Shown: positions 49,110 to 60,330 of the stretch, one piece after another
Layout of the letters: every line of letters starts with the position of its first letter
Numbering within the stretch: position 1 is the stretch's first letter
NCBI GenBank assembly: GCA_035084275.1
Contig: CM068747.1
Location: 17,732,001 to 17,796,000, forward strand
Reading direction: 5' to 3'
From: Hydrolagus colliei
Lineage: Eukaryota
DNA: 64,000 nucleotides
Notes under the pieces: model-generated
Seen by the model: the letters and a program-made list of their open reading frames with translations, nothing else
Told to the model about the DNA's origin: nothing
Databases searched by the model: none
Made by a program: the position numbers and the translations under genes

Positions 49110-49662
49110 GAGACAGCTGAAGGGGAGACAGGGAGAGAGAAGGGGAGACAGGGAGAGGGAGAGAGAAGGGGAGACAGGGAGAGACAGAGAGAAGGGGAGA
49201 CAGGGAGAGACAGAGAGAGACAGAGAGAAGGGGAGACAGGGAGAGGAGGAGACGGGGAGAGACAGAGAGAAGGGGAGACAGGGAGAGGAGGAGACGGGGA
49301 GAGACAGAGAGAAGGGGAGACAGGGAGAGAAGGGGAGACAGAGAGAAGGGGAGACAGGGAGAGAAGGGGAGACAGGGAGAGACAGAGTGAAGGGGAGACA
49401 GAGAGAAGGGGAGACAGGGAGAGACAGAGTGAAGGGGACACAGGGAGAGACAGAGAGAAGGGGAGACAGAGAGAAGGGGAGACAGGGAGAGACAGAGTGA
49501 AGGGGAGACAGAGAGAAGGGGAGACATGGAGACAGGGAGAGACAGAGAGAAGGGGAGACATGGAGACAGAGAGAAGGGGAGACAGGGAGAGACAGAGAGA
49601 AGGGGAGACATGGAGACAGGGAGAGACAGAGAGAAGGGGAGACAGGGAGAAGGGGAGAGAGT
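49110..49662. repeat. GA-rich compound minisatellite upstream of DARS1
   Basis: About 550 bp built from GGGGAGACA, GGGAGAGACA and GAGAGAA units; + strand almost all purine. Confidence 0.95.
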
Positions 49663-49687
49663 GACACAGGTGGGGGGGCGGGGTGCA

Positions 49688-49762
49688 GGTGATGCTGTTT
49701 CCGGTTGGTACCGGAAGTCAGGCCGAGGCTGTCGGGGTGAGTGGGGACCGGGAGCCGCCGCC
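49688..49762 (+). promoter_or_regulatory. DARS1: DARS1 core promoter/5' UTR (CpG-rich, ETS/GABP motif)
   Basis: TTTCCGG (49698-49704) and CCGGAAGT (49711-49718) just upstream of a perfect GCCGCCATG Kozak. Confidence 0.6.
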
Positions 49763-49785
49763 ATGACAAAGGAGGAGATTCAGGG
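49763..49785 (+). CDS. DARS1: Aspartyl-tRNA synthetase 1, coding exon 1 (MTKEEIQG)
   Basis: GCCGCCATG, donor GG|GTAAG in phase 2, in frame with exon 2; resembles teleost Dars1 N-termini from recall. Confidence 0.85.
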
Positions 49786-49904
49786 GTAAGGACGAGGCTC
49801 AGGCCTAGTGGGCGATGGGGGGGGGGGGCGGGGGACTGAGGCTGAGGGAGCCGTGGGTGGGGAGTTACATCATCTCCCCCCACCCCCGGGGCTGTGTCTA
49901 CTCC

Positions 49905-50134
49905 CAGGCCCCGGCCTCCCGCAGGCCCCGGCCTCCCGCAGGCCCCGGCCTCCCGCAGGCCCCGGCCTCCCGCAGGCCCCGGCCTCCCGCAGGCCCCGGC
50001 CTCCCGCAGGCCCCGGCCTCCCGCAGGCCCCGGCCTCCCGCAGGCCCCGGCCTCCCGCAGGCCCCGGCCTCCCGCAGGCCCCGGCCTCCCGCAGGCCCCG
50101 GCCTCCCGCAGGCCCCGGCCTCCCGCAGGCCCCG
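49905..50134. repeat. Perfect 17-bp GC-rich minisatellite (CAGGCCCCGGCCTCCCG), about 13.5 copies
   Basis: Directly readable tandem array in DARS1 intron 1. Confidence 0.97.
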
Positions 50135-50554
50135 CTCGGCTCAGCGCTGAAGGACCCGCCGTCGGCCGGTAGATTCCCTTTGGAATCCCTCGGTCATCAT
50201 TGGCGCCTCGCAGTCCTCACTGAGCTGTGAGCACAAACACACACGTTTTTTCTCTGGTGCATAGATACTCTCTGTAAAATACATACAACTACATATATAC
50301 TGTATATATATATATACAGTATATATGTGATATATACGAGTTGTTTAAAAGGTCCACGGTTAAATAAAACACTTCGCACCACAGGCTGATGGTCGGTGGC
50401 GTGTTTCACAGCACATAACCGGACAGCGCCGCTGGTGAGAATTCACTGGTTTGATTCCTGGGCTGAGCTACAGTCAGCTTTATGCCCCCCCCCCCCCCCC
50501 CCCCCGGGGAGGGAAGTGGAAGTTATCAGATGTTCCTGTTCCCCCCCCCCCCCC

Positions 50555-51080
50555 AATAATAAAGATTTGGTCACTTTCAATCCACGACTGTTTTGCGAGA
50601 CGATTGGCTGCCGCGTTTCGCCCACAAACACGCAGTCGATTCGCTTTACAGGATATCCTGTGAAGCGCCTCGAGGCGTCAATAGGATGGGGAGAGCGCTG
50701 CATCGAAGGCAAGGATTATTGATGCAATAAGCGGTGAGTGATCGTTGCCGGAAGAGGCTGGATTGACCACGGCTATGATCTCCCGCGACGGTTGAGTACA
50801 CTGGTGACAATTGCCATTTGCGCTTTACGCTTGTGGCAAAGCACGGGAGGACTAATGGTAGCCATTGGAATATCTGGAAAGAGACACGTCCATTAGCAAG
50901 GCTGTTTTACACTTCCTTGGTGTATTTGGTCTGTGAAGAGGGGAGTGGTCTGTTTGCATTTTAAATGATTATTATTAGGCATGTGTCGTAAGAAAACTTT
51001 GCCAAAGGTTTTGCCCTGCCTGGAGTTGAACTGTGGTCTGTCACTTGTAAGGCGACCGCTTCTGAGCTACAGGATTCCAC
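50555..51080. mobile_element. SINE fragments (+ 50555-50720; minus 50968-51080)
   Basis: Family core and tail in the first, head in the second. Confidence 0.75.
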
Positions 51081-51291
51081 AATCTTAGCCAATATCTGTT
51101 CTCAGTTAGAGAAGGAAATCTCTTATCTAGCAGAAATGGTTAGTTGCACCTCAGTAGGGGAAAATATCTGAGTTGATCATTTGTAAATGTCATGACCAAG
51201 TCATTTTTGTTTTGTAATACCCATCACCGTGCTCAAGAGTATCCAAACTGAAACTGAGAGTTGCATGCGTCCAATCTACACATGGAAATTC

Positions 51292-51559
51292 GGAGCTCCT
51301 CTAGCTCTAGTGTTGGTGATGCTGTTTCCGGGCCGAGGCTGTCGGAGCGAGTGGGGACCGGGAGCCGTCGCCATGACAAAGGAGACAAAATTGGTCATTT
51401 CAATCCACGACTGTTTGTGAGACAATCCTATGCGCAATTGGCTGCTGTGTTTCGCCCACAAATCTACAGTCAATTCATTTTACAGTATATTCTGTGAAGC
51501 TCTTTGAGACATCGATAAGATGTGAAAAGCATAGTATCAAATGCAAGGATTATTACTAT
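51292..51559 (+). mobile_element. Chimeric SINE containing a copy of DARS1 exon 1
   Basis: SINE-head-like GGAGCTCCTCTAGCTCTAGTG, then 51315-51384 matching 49688-49774, then SINE core and tail; AAATTC duplicated at 51286-51291 and 51560-51565. Confidence 0.85.
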
Positions 51560-54011
51560 AAATTCCAGCAATATTTGTTGGAATGAAATGCGTACCCTCG
51601 CACTTGATGCATGCATACTGCTTACCTAATTCCAGAAATCAATGTAAAGAAGTATAAAAATCTTGCATTTGTGATAGTGCTTTTCACATCTAGACGTCTC
51701 AAAGCGCTTCACTGAATATACTGGAAAATTAATTGACTATATTTGTGGGCAAAGCTTGACATTAGCCAAGGCTTAGGGACTCTAAAATGTGTGTTAGGGT
51801 ACTGCTTGGGTCTAACCAGCACTAACTGAATAGCTTGTCATTGAGGACACTGGCTGGCAAGCTTTCCCTGCTGCAAGTCACAAATTATTTATGGAGGAGT
51901 AATGTCGGTGGCTAAGTACAGTAAAAGCTTATTTATCTGGTACCCAACCAACCAGAATGCTCAACCAACCAGTACCGCCCAATGCAATTCACCATTCCAG
52001 CAAATGGATCTCATACTGAAGCCATCTGGGACACTCGCGAGTATGCTCACTTTGCACATGCGTGCAGACCTGGTATCAAACCTGATGCCTGAGTTGCACC
52101 AGGTTTGGTGAGTCTGAGGAAGTAGAGCGACTAGATTTGCCTGATCCACTTACATTCAAATATCCTCCTACATTCTTTGTCTGGGATCATGTATGAAGAG
52201 AGAACAGAGGGCAAGTCAAATGGCAATTCCTCCTAGTGAATGAGGAGAGAGTAAAATGTGTATTTTCACCAATTTTACATTCCATGTTGTAAGGACTGCG
52301 AGGGTAACCTGAGTGTGTTTTTCATCCTGTCACTATAACCACAGGACTCCTGGGCTTTGTTTTCAATGGAAAAATAAATACTGACTAAATACCAGCTTGA
52401 GCTGAAAGTCTGTTAATACCATGGTCCATTGTTGAATCTGGGCTCTGAGTGCAACACGTACAGTGCTGGGGAAGCCATGCTTGGCATTTTATCAAGCTTT
52501 TTTTTTAAGAGTATTTTCCAGGCATGTCTGGAAATATCATGTGAAGGAAATCACTGCAGTAAGTTTTCCTGTTTATTACAGGAAATGTTTAAAACTGGAA
52601 TTTCTGCTATTCACCATTCAGAAAAATTGCAGGTGTAGTCTTTTCATAATTTGGGGCAGCTGGATTATAGGACAACAATTGTGCTTGTATGAAGTCATCC
52701 AGGAAGGTGAAAAAACAAATTTGCTTGATCAGACACATGATACAAAAATTAGAAAATTATTCAAATAATATACTTTAATTTAATATACATTTAATGCACG
52801 TATTGTGTAAATTTATAGTAGCAAAAACCCTATGTTATTGGCATCTCCATGTACTGTGTTATTTGGGTATCGTCTTAGAACATTTAAGATATTAATGCAA
52901 ACTTCAATAATTAGGATTAAGATGTTATAATGAAACTGGGAAACCAAATAAACCCCTAAAATTTATTATTTATTACATGTATAAGCATTTTTTTTTTTCT
53001 TTGGAAAAATTGCATGTGGGACTGCTTCTGGTGGTAATATATATATTATGTAGTAGAGCAACAGTAGATGCAAAACAGTGTGGAGGCTATATAATAGTAC
53101 AAAACATTGTCGATTTACTGCCACAGGTTACATTGAGTATTCTGTCCTCTGCAATTGTAAAGTATGAGAAGCATTGGTTTCAGTATATGCATATTTAAAT
53201 AACAAAACCTTTAGTATAGGGTTATGAGGTGAAACTGCACATTTGAAATTCTAATTTTTTGGATCATGAACTGGCCGGATGCAGGTTCCATGTTTGCAAT
53301 TCTCCACAATGTTTTCCTGATCTCACTTGGGAGGGGGAAAGAGATTGTTGTGCCATGCAGAGGGCAGCTGCTTCCCACATAAAGTACTAATGGGATTGTT
53401 ATATCGATCAGCTTTTCTCATCTTTCAATGGCAAATTTGTAAAGCCAGACATTCTCTTATGCAAACCATGTTCAAGTTTGGCTTTCGAATTCAGTGCAGT
53501 GTTATATGGTTGTTGATAGTTATCAAGGGGGATTAGGTTGAATCTGTTGGTTCAGTGGAATAACAAGATGACTAACTAGAACAAAGCACTTTGAAACAAA
53601 CACCTGGAATTATGTCTATTTTCCTTGCAGCTGGCAAGCCAGTCCAAATGACGAGGGTTTCACATGAATGTTTATTTCCTGAAGGAACAGTTTAGTAATT
53701 CAATAGAAAATTCTTCTCTGATCTACTTTATCTGTTGTGTGATCAGGAACAGTGTAAAATAACAATCCAACAGTTGATATTGTAAGACAACATGTAAATA
53801 GCACGATATAAACAAATGCATTCATCGAGGGATTAAATCACTTTTACATTCAGTGGAGTTCTACATCTTGATTTTTCTGATCACTCTTGAACATCCTGAA
53901 GGAAATATATGGAAAGCACAATAGATGGAAATAACAAAACAGCTGCTGTTCATAAATTTTGCATGGCACTTGGCAATCATTACAATGACACTCCTGTTTT
54001 ATCCTATATAG

Positions 54012-54108
54012 TGCCCAAGAGGACCAGGCACAGTCCAAGAAGGCTGCCAAGAAACTGCAGAAGGAAGCGGAGAAAGCTGCCAAGAAGGCGGAGAAACAGA
54101 CTAAACTA
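54012..54108 (+). CDS. DARS1: DARS1 coding exon 2 (AQEDQAQSKKAAKKLQKEAEKAAKKAEKQTKL)
   Basis: TATAG| acceptor, |GTGGGT donor, 97 nt, phase 2 to 0, consistent with both neighbours. Confidence 0.88.
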
Positions 54109-54534
54109 GTGGGTTTGGAATCATTGGGCATTAATGAAACCATATTGTCACAATGAGATTTGTAACATTTCTTGTCAGCACATCGGAAATTATACTATCA
54201 TTTTCCAGTGAATTATTAAAAAGAACCAACTATTATGTAGAAACAAATGCTTACAAAAAGCAGGGATGAGAAATGCCTAATCACCCGCATCTGAACCTCA
54301 AGGGAGAAGTGATGGCCCAGGTTGATTCTGTTACTGGCGTTGATACCTACATTAGTTGGTGGCTGTGTGCATCGGATTCATACACAGATTTGCTTTTGTT
54401 TGTGAGATAACCACTAAACAATCTTAGATGGTGAGACAGTGTCTGCTGTGCAGATATCTTTGTCAGCTGCAATGATGAACATTCCTGATTGGTGAATATC
54501 ATCATTCAGAAAGAATATATTGGATGGCAGATTA

Positions 54535-54850
54535 CATATATAAATTAAGTTTGTATAGTGCTTTACACGTTGGGGGACATCTCAAGTCGCTCAGCAGTCA
54601 AGGGTTTGCACTCGCGCTGAGGCTTATAATCAAAAGGAACGGAGGTCAAAGGGGTGGGAATGGAAGGATGATCAAAAGCCGAATTAAAGAGGAGGGTTTT
54701 GAAGGAGGCAAGGGAGGTGGCGAGGCAGAGGGATTCCAGGATGGAATTCTAGAGGGTGGGAGCAGAAAGGCTGAAGGCTGACTTGATGATGGATGGGGCA
54801 GGGTGGGGATATGGATGATGTCAAGGCCCGCCAATTGGAGAGATTGGCAG
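54535..54850 (-). mobile_element. L2 3' fragment
   Basis: Reverse-complement L2 tail and AFLLPPSRIPSWNP-type end. Confidence 0.65.
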
Positions 54851-55324
54851 GCTAGTAATGTTTCAGTAGGTCAAATGATAAAGCTTTGGGGATGGTTCTC
54901 CTCCATTTATATAGTACTCCTATGCATTAACCCTGTTATAGAAAATTAGTTTGAGTGATGGCAACAGGATGCATTCTTCCAAGTTGGGTGGATTTCATTC
55001 AGCTGCTTGACCCACTAGGTGACCCCATACATAGGCGTATATCATCAATCAGCAACATAAATTCACTAATTAGCCCCCTACTTAAAAGTGCACCGTGTAT
55101 TAATGATAGCCGGTATGGTCAGTGTTTATATGATAAATGACACCAAATTTCCTTATGTAAGTAATTTTACATGTTATTTCTTTAATCCTAATGTTTTTAT
55201 ATTGTTTTGAGAGTACGGTATTGTTGAACATTATACACCAATCTTTGTCTCACTTAAAATTGATTGTAACAACCAGAACAATGAAATATTCATTACTTTT
55301 ATAAAAAACCCTTTCTCCTTAATT

Positions 55325-55690
55325 ATAGAATTATACAGCACAGAAGGAGGCCATTCGGCCCATCATGTTTGTGCTGGCTCTTTGAAAAGCACTGTCCAAA
55401 TGAATCCCACTCCCCCGCTCACTCTCCATATCCCTTCAAGCCTCTCCTCCCCCAAATAACTATCTACTTTTCTAATAAAAGATGTTATCGAATCGGCTTC
55501 TACCATGCTTTCAGACAATGCATTCCAGATCCAAAATAACGGGCTGCGTGAAAAAAATTCTCATCTACCTTCTGTTTCTTTTAACTATTTTAAATCCATG
55601 TCCTCGGTTATCGACCCACTTACAAGTGGAAATAGTTTCTCCTTGTTCACCTTATCGAATCACCTGATAATTTTGATAACTTCTATTAAG
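55325..55690 (-). mobile_element. CR1 3' end
   Basis: ACAGCACAGAAGGAGGCCATTCGGCCCATC (reverse-complement CR1 tail); FFTQPVIWIWNALSE on the minus strand. Confidence 0.85.
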
Positions 55691-56508
55691 CCTCAAATAA
55701 ATTTCTATTAAACTTAATAACTGAAGTGATAAGTCATGATAACTCATGTTAGTATGCATGCCACTGCGTATTCAACATTCAGAGGCCTGAACACTATTCA
55801 CTGTTAATATCACTCCATGATTGATCACATGTGAAATTCAAGTGGATTGACTGTTAGTTCTTCAAATCTATTTAAACTCACTTATTGCACTTGTGTTGAA
55901 TAATGGAAAATATTTGCAAATTTCATGTATTGCATTGGGTAGCATCCAATTAAACATTGTTGGTTTTTAAGTTGGTACATTTAGTAATTTAAACGCTGTT
56001 TTCTTTTACTTTTTCAGATTACATGAGAAAAGCTTTTATTTATTTGACAAACAAACAAAAATCCTTATTGGTTCTTATACTTTCCAGCATCAATCATGAG
56101 CTAACAATCAGGAAATAATATTGTCTACTTCTGACCCATACACTTTCTTTCCCTTGACCAAAGACCAATGCCATTGCTGTTTGGAGTGAGATCAACGTAC
56201 TCACCGTAGGCCACACTTCTTAAATTGAACCCTTCCCTATCTCTATGCTGCAGCATTATCTATTTGTCCAATAAGTTTTTGGTTTCGCCATTTAAGATGT
56301 GTTTTTAAACAAGAAATTGCATCAGTAAAATATTAATATTGAATTTTTTGGTGTAGAATTTTGAATGTAAGGCAGAAATTGCATCTATGTGCCAAACCAT
56401 CACCCAATAAACCTGGCATTATTTCAGAGTCCTAGTTAGTTTATACAATTTTTCTAGATAGTTTATAAAATGCTATAATATGAACTTATCTTATTTTGTT
56501 TGATTTAG

Positions 56509-56538
56509 GCAGCAGAAAGTCAAGTAGCTGAAGGAGAG
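56509..56538 (+). CDS. DARS1: DARS1 coding exon 3 (AAESQVAEGE), 30-nt micro-exon
   Basis: TTTGATTTAG| acceptor, GAG|GTGAGC donor, phase 0 to 0. Confidence 0.78.
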
Positions 56539-56632
56539 GTGAGCACTCAATCAATGTTAAACATTGTGCTAAAATGAACCTATAGTAAAACTCACATTTC
56601 TATAGTGGATCCTTGTTTTATTATTATACCGA

Positions 56633-56932
56633 TTATAATAATAAAAATATAAATTCTTGTATTTGATATAGTGCTTTGCACATCTTCTAGACATCTCAAA
56701 GCGTTTCACAGAATATACTGTAAAGTGAATTGACTGGTTTTGTGGGCGAAACACGGCAGCCAATTGCGCACTACAGTTTTCCACAAATAGTCGTGGATTG
56801 AGTAACCAATTTGTGTTTTTTAAGGGATTATTATCAGGCGTGTGGAGTAAGGAAACTTTCCCGAGGTTTCATCCTTCCTGGAATCAAACCCGGGTCTCGC
56901 TGTGTGGCGAGTGATCTCACCACTGAGCTATA
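56633..56932 (-). mobile_element. Near full-length SINE
   Basis: Tail, core and head ...CACCACTGAGCTATAG. Confidence 0.85.
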
Positions 56933-57252
56933 GTACTGTTGTTGTTGAGAGATAGCAAAACAGTGGGGCAAATAGAGCAGGGAGGGGACGTAGAGCAGGG
57001 AAGGGGACGTGGTGCAGGGCAGGGAACGTGACGTGGATCTGATCTGGGTGGCGGAGGCATTCAATTTATGCTCTTCAATGCAGCACTGTTACTTGGAATG
57101 TGGCGATTAGTGTAGGACTGCACTAACCAGGTGCGCAGTTATTTCTGAACTTTAGTTATAATTTTATGGTAATACACTTGAATTTTTAGCATCAGGTTGA
57201 CAATTGAGTTTTGTATACATTTCTGGTGTAATACATGTGCCTTCTGCTTCAG

Positions 57253-57310
57253 GATATTGCTAAAGACAGATATGGAACTCCTCCAATGATCCAATCACAT
57301 GAAAAAAATG
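57253..57310 (+). CDS. DARS1: DARS1 coding exon 4 (DIAKDRYGTPPMIQSHEKN)
   Basis: TTCAG| and G|GTGAGT; matches the vertebrate DYAKERYG..MIQSQEK segment. Confidence 0.92.
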
Positions 57311-57339
57311 GTGAGTATAATTCTAAAGAATAAATTATT

Positions 57340-58150
57340 CTTTGGGAACATAGTAGACAGTGAGGAGGATGGTAGCAGCCTCAGGGAGGACATAGACAGT
57401 CTGGTAAAATAGGCACACATGGCAAATGAAGTTTAATGCAGAGTGTGCGGTAACACATTTTGGGAAAAAGAATAAGGAGAGGCAATATACACTGAATGGC
57501 ACAGTTTTAAAGGGGGTTCAGGAACAGAGATTCACATACGCGGGGTTCACGTACAGGACAGGTTGATAGAGATGTTTGTAAGAAAATGCATATGGGATCC
57601 TTGGCTTTCAAAATAGCGGCATGAAACAAAAGCAAGGAAGGTATGTTAAACCTCTATAAGTCACTGGTTAGACCTCAGCTGGAGTATTGTGTCCAATTCT
57701 GGTCACCACACTTTAGGAAGGATATCGAGATCTTGAAGAGGGTGCAGAGGAGGTTTACCAGAATTGTGCTAGAAATGAGTGACTTTAGAGAAACGTTCGA
57801 GTGAAGATTAGAGAAACAGGGATTCCTCTGCTTGGATCAGGGAAAGTTAAAGGAGATTTAATAGAAAATTAGGAAGGGTTTTGATAGAGTAGATGGAGAT
57901 AAACTGTTTCCACTGGCAGGTGAGTTGGTAACATAGATGCAAAATAATTGGCAAAAGATTCAGAGGGGAGATGAGAAGATTTTTTTTTACACTTAAGAGA
58001 ATTGTTCACATGTGAAATGCACTGTCTGAAAGGGTGGTGGAAAAAGATTTAATAAACTTCCAAAAGGGAATTGGATAGATAATTAAAGTAATTGCAAGGA
58101 TATTGGGAAAGAGCTAGGGAGCAGGACTGATTGGGTAGCTCTTCCAAAGA
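57340..58150 (+). mobile_element. CR1 fragment
   Basis: LYKSLVRPQLEYCVQFWSPHFRKDIEILKRVQRRFTRI. Confidence 0.9.
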
Positions 58151-58911
58151 TCCAATGTAGCATCTATAAAAGTAAGGTAACGTCATTTATTTCGCCCAAT
58201 AGAAATATACAGAGTGGTGTAGTGCTTAGCCATAAAGAAAAGTGAATGGGGGGAGGGGAGTGGTGGGGGAATAGGCCAGGTAACATTGACTGATCACTAT
58301 CTAATTACTCAACAAAATTTCTCTCGGCCATTAATATGCTGTGGCAGCAGCTCAAACTCCGATAATATTCTTTTGAAAATGAGAACATGATTAATTTAGA
58401 CTTGTGGATTGACAATCGTATCACTATCATGTCATCAAAGTGAAGTTATCTGATTTTTGACAACTACTTTTTTTATTTCAATGTGCACATTTGGAATGAT
58501 TCATTTAGTTATAACAAGCATTGTTATTGCGATTATCTAATGCATGTCACATGTATTTAACCGCACTTTGTAAATATTTTTCGCCAGCACCAAGAGAAAA
58601 TTTCTAAGAATCTTAGAATCTAAGTGTATTTTGTTTGCATTTTTCTTTCATGTTAACGGCGCTAGAATTGTTCAATGTTCAAATAAAAATTGGATTGGTT
58701 CAGATGGATCCTGTGGTATTGCGGGTTAAAATGCTCCTTAATCTCTTCTTAGAACTTGGTTTGAATCCAGCCTAGATTAGTCAATTGAAGATTGTATCTG
58801 ATGGCTACAGTCGAGAAATGATGTGGCATTAGAATATTTACATTGGTGGAGTAGAATTTTTTTAAAGTTAGATTGAGGAGCACTGTTTACATGAGCTTCA
58901 CTTTGCTTTTG

Positions 58912-59226
58912 AATTTCTTGTATTGCAAGTTTCAAACAAGAAAGCTGAGAAAAGTCTGAAATGCAACATTTATTGATTGATTAGATTCTGGTACTGAGTA
59001 TAAATAGGTTTGGACTTCAGAATTTATCTCTTTTTCCTTGAGGAGGGAATCCATTTACTTCTACTCCATTGTGCTTGGAGTAGAAGTCGGCTGTTTATTT
59101 CAGCTGGACTTTCCAGTCTTTCTCTGTATTGGAATCTTTCAGAAATTCCATTTCTTTCTTTATCCATTTAGGATTTTTCAGGATTTTTCTCAGCTTTCCA
59201 GTTTGAAACTTGCAATACTAGAAATT
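58912..59226. mobile_element. Putative MITE with ~50-bp terminal inverted repeats
   Basis: AATTTCTTGTATTGCAAGTTTCAAACAAGAAAGCTGAGAAAAGTCTGAAA (58912-58961) versus its near reverse complement at 59176-59226. Confidence 0.65.
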
Positions 59227-59516
59227 TGCACTTTTCTTAATGCAGTAACTAAATCTGTTAACTAAAGGCATTTGACTGATGCATGTGAAGAATAATTAAT
59301 TTGCCGACTCATTCTGTTTCACTCTTGTTAAAGGTAGATCTTCTCCAAATGTAAACACTTTTAAAAAAATACATATTGGGAACAAGCTAGTCCGTCCATC
59401 GAGATATTAAACAGTATCCATAACCTTACTGAATTAGTTGGATGTTGAGTCGTTAGTGACGATGTGTTTTCTGAACTAACACTGTAAGAAGGCTAAGATT
59501 GCTTCTGTGCACACAG

Positions 59517-59609
59517 ACCGTGTGTTGGTTCTTGTGAAAGACCTGACTGAAGAGAAAGTTGGTCAGGTTGTTTGGCTGCGATCCAGAGTCCATACCAGCA
59601 GAGCCAAAG
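59517..59609 (+). CDS. DARS1: DARS1 coding exon 5 ([30 protein letters not shown])
   Basis: CACAG| and G|GTAAGA, 93 nt; AspRS anticodon-binding OB-fold start ([13 protein letters not shown]). Confidence 0.95.
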
Positions 59610-59871
59610 GTAAGAACTAGAGTCAAAAACAGATGTTTGCAAACTTTATTTTACTGCAAAAACCTTGTTTTTATAAAATTAGTAAGCTAGATTGCTAACA
59701 TTGAAATCTGAAGGAAAGTATTTTGTGATCGATTCTGATTAATTTTCCTTTCCAATTGAAGAAATCACTTATTTTGGTGTAGGGTGATGAGAATAGGGGA
59801 CAAATTGATGAAAGTCAATTCAGTGCATACGTTTTAACTGCAGACAGTCTTAATTACTCTTTAATCTGTGA

Positions 59872-60138
<267 letters not shown>

Positions 60139-60204
60139 TAAGTTCGGAACTACATCCTGTTGTCTGAAATACAATTGTGAGAAAGTATAGACCAAATTAC
60201 ACAT

Positions 60205-60330
60205 GCAGTTGACTGCCACGTTTTACCCACAAGTATACAATCAATTTAGTTTACAGTATATTCTGTGAAGCACTTTGAGACATCTCGAAAACGTGATGAG
60301 GCGCTGTTTCAATTGCAAGGATTATTATTA
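60205..60330 (+). mobile_element. SINE 3' fragment
   Basis: Core and tail ending TTGCAAGGATTATTATT. Confidence 0.75.

Noticed and set aside
49069-50230. Several 90-270 aa ORFs (RGDRE-, SLPVSP- and PAGPG-rich)
   Set aside because: Products of the GA-rich and 17-bp minisatellites.
56506-56515. Tandem acceptors TAG|GCAG|CAG at DARS1 exon 3
   Set aside because: The alternative AGs lie at +4 and +7 and would shift the frame; not an in-frame NAGNAG.
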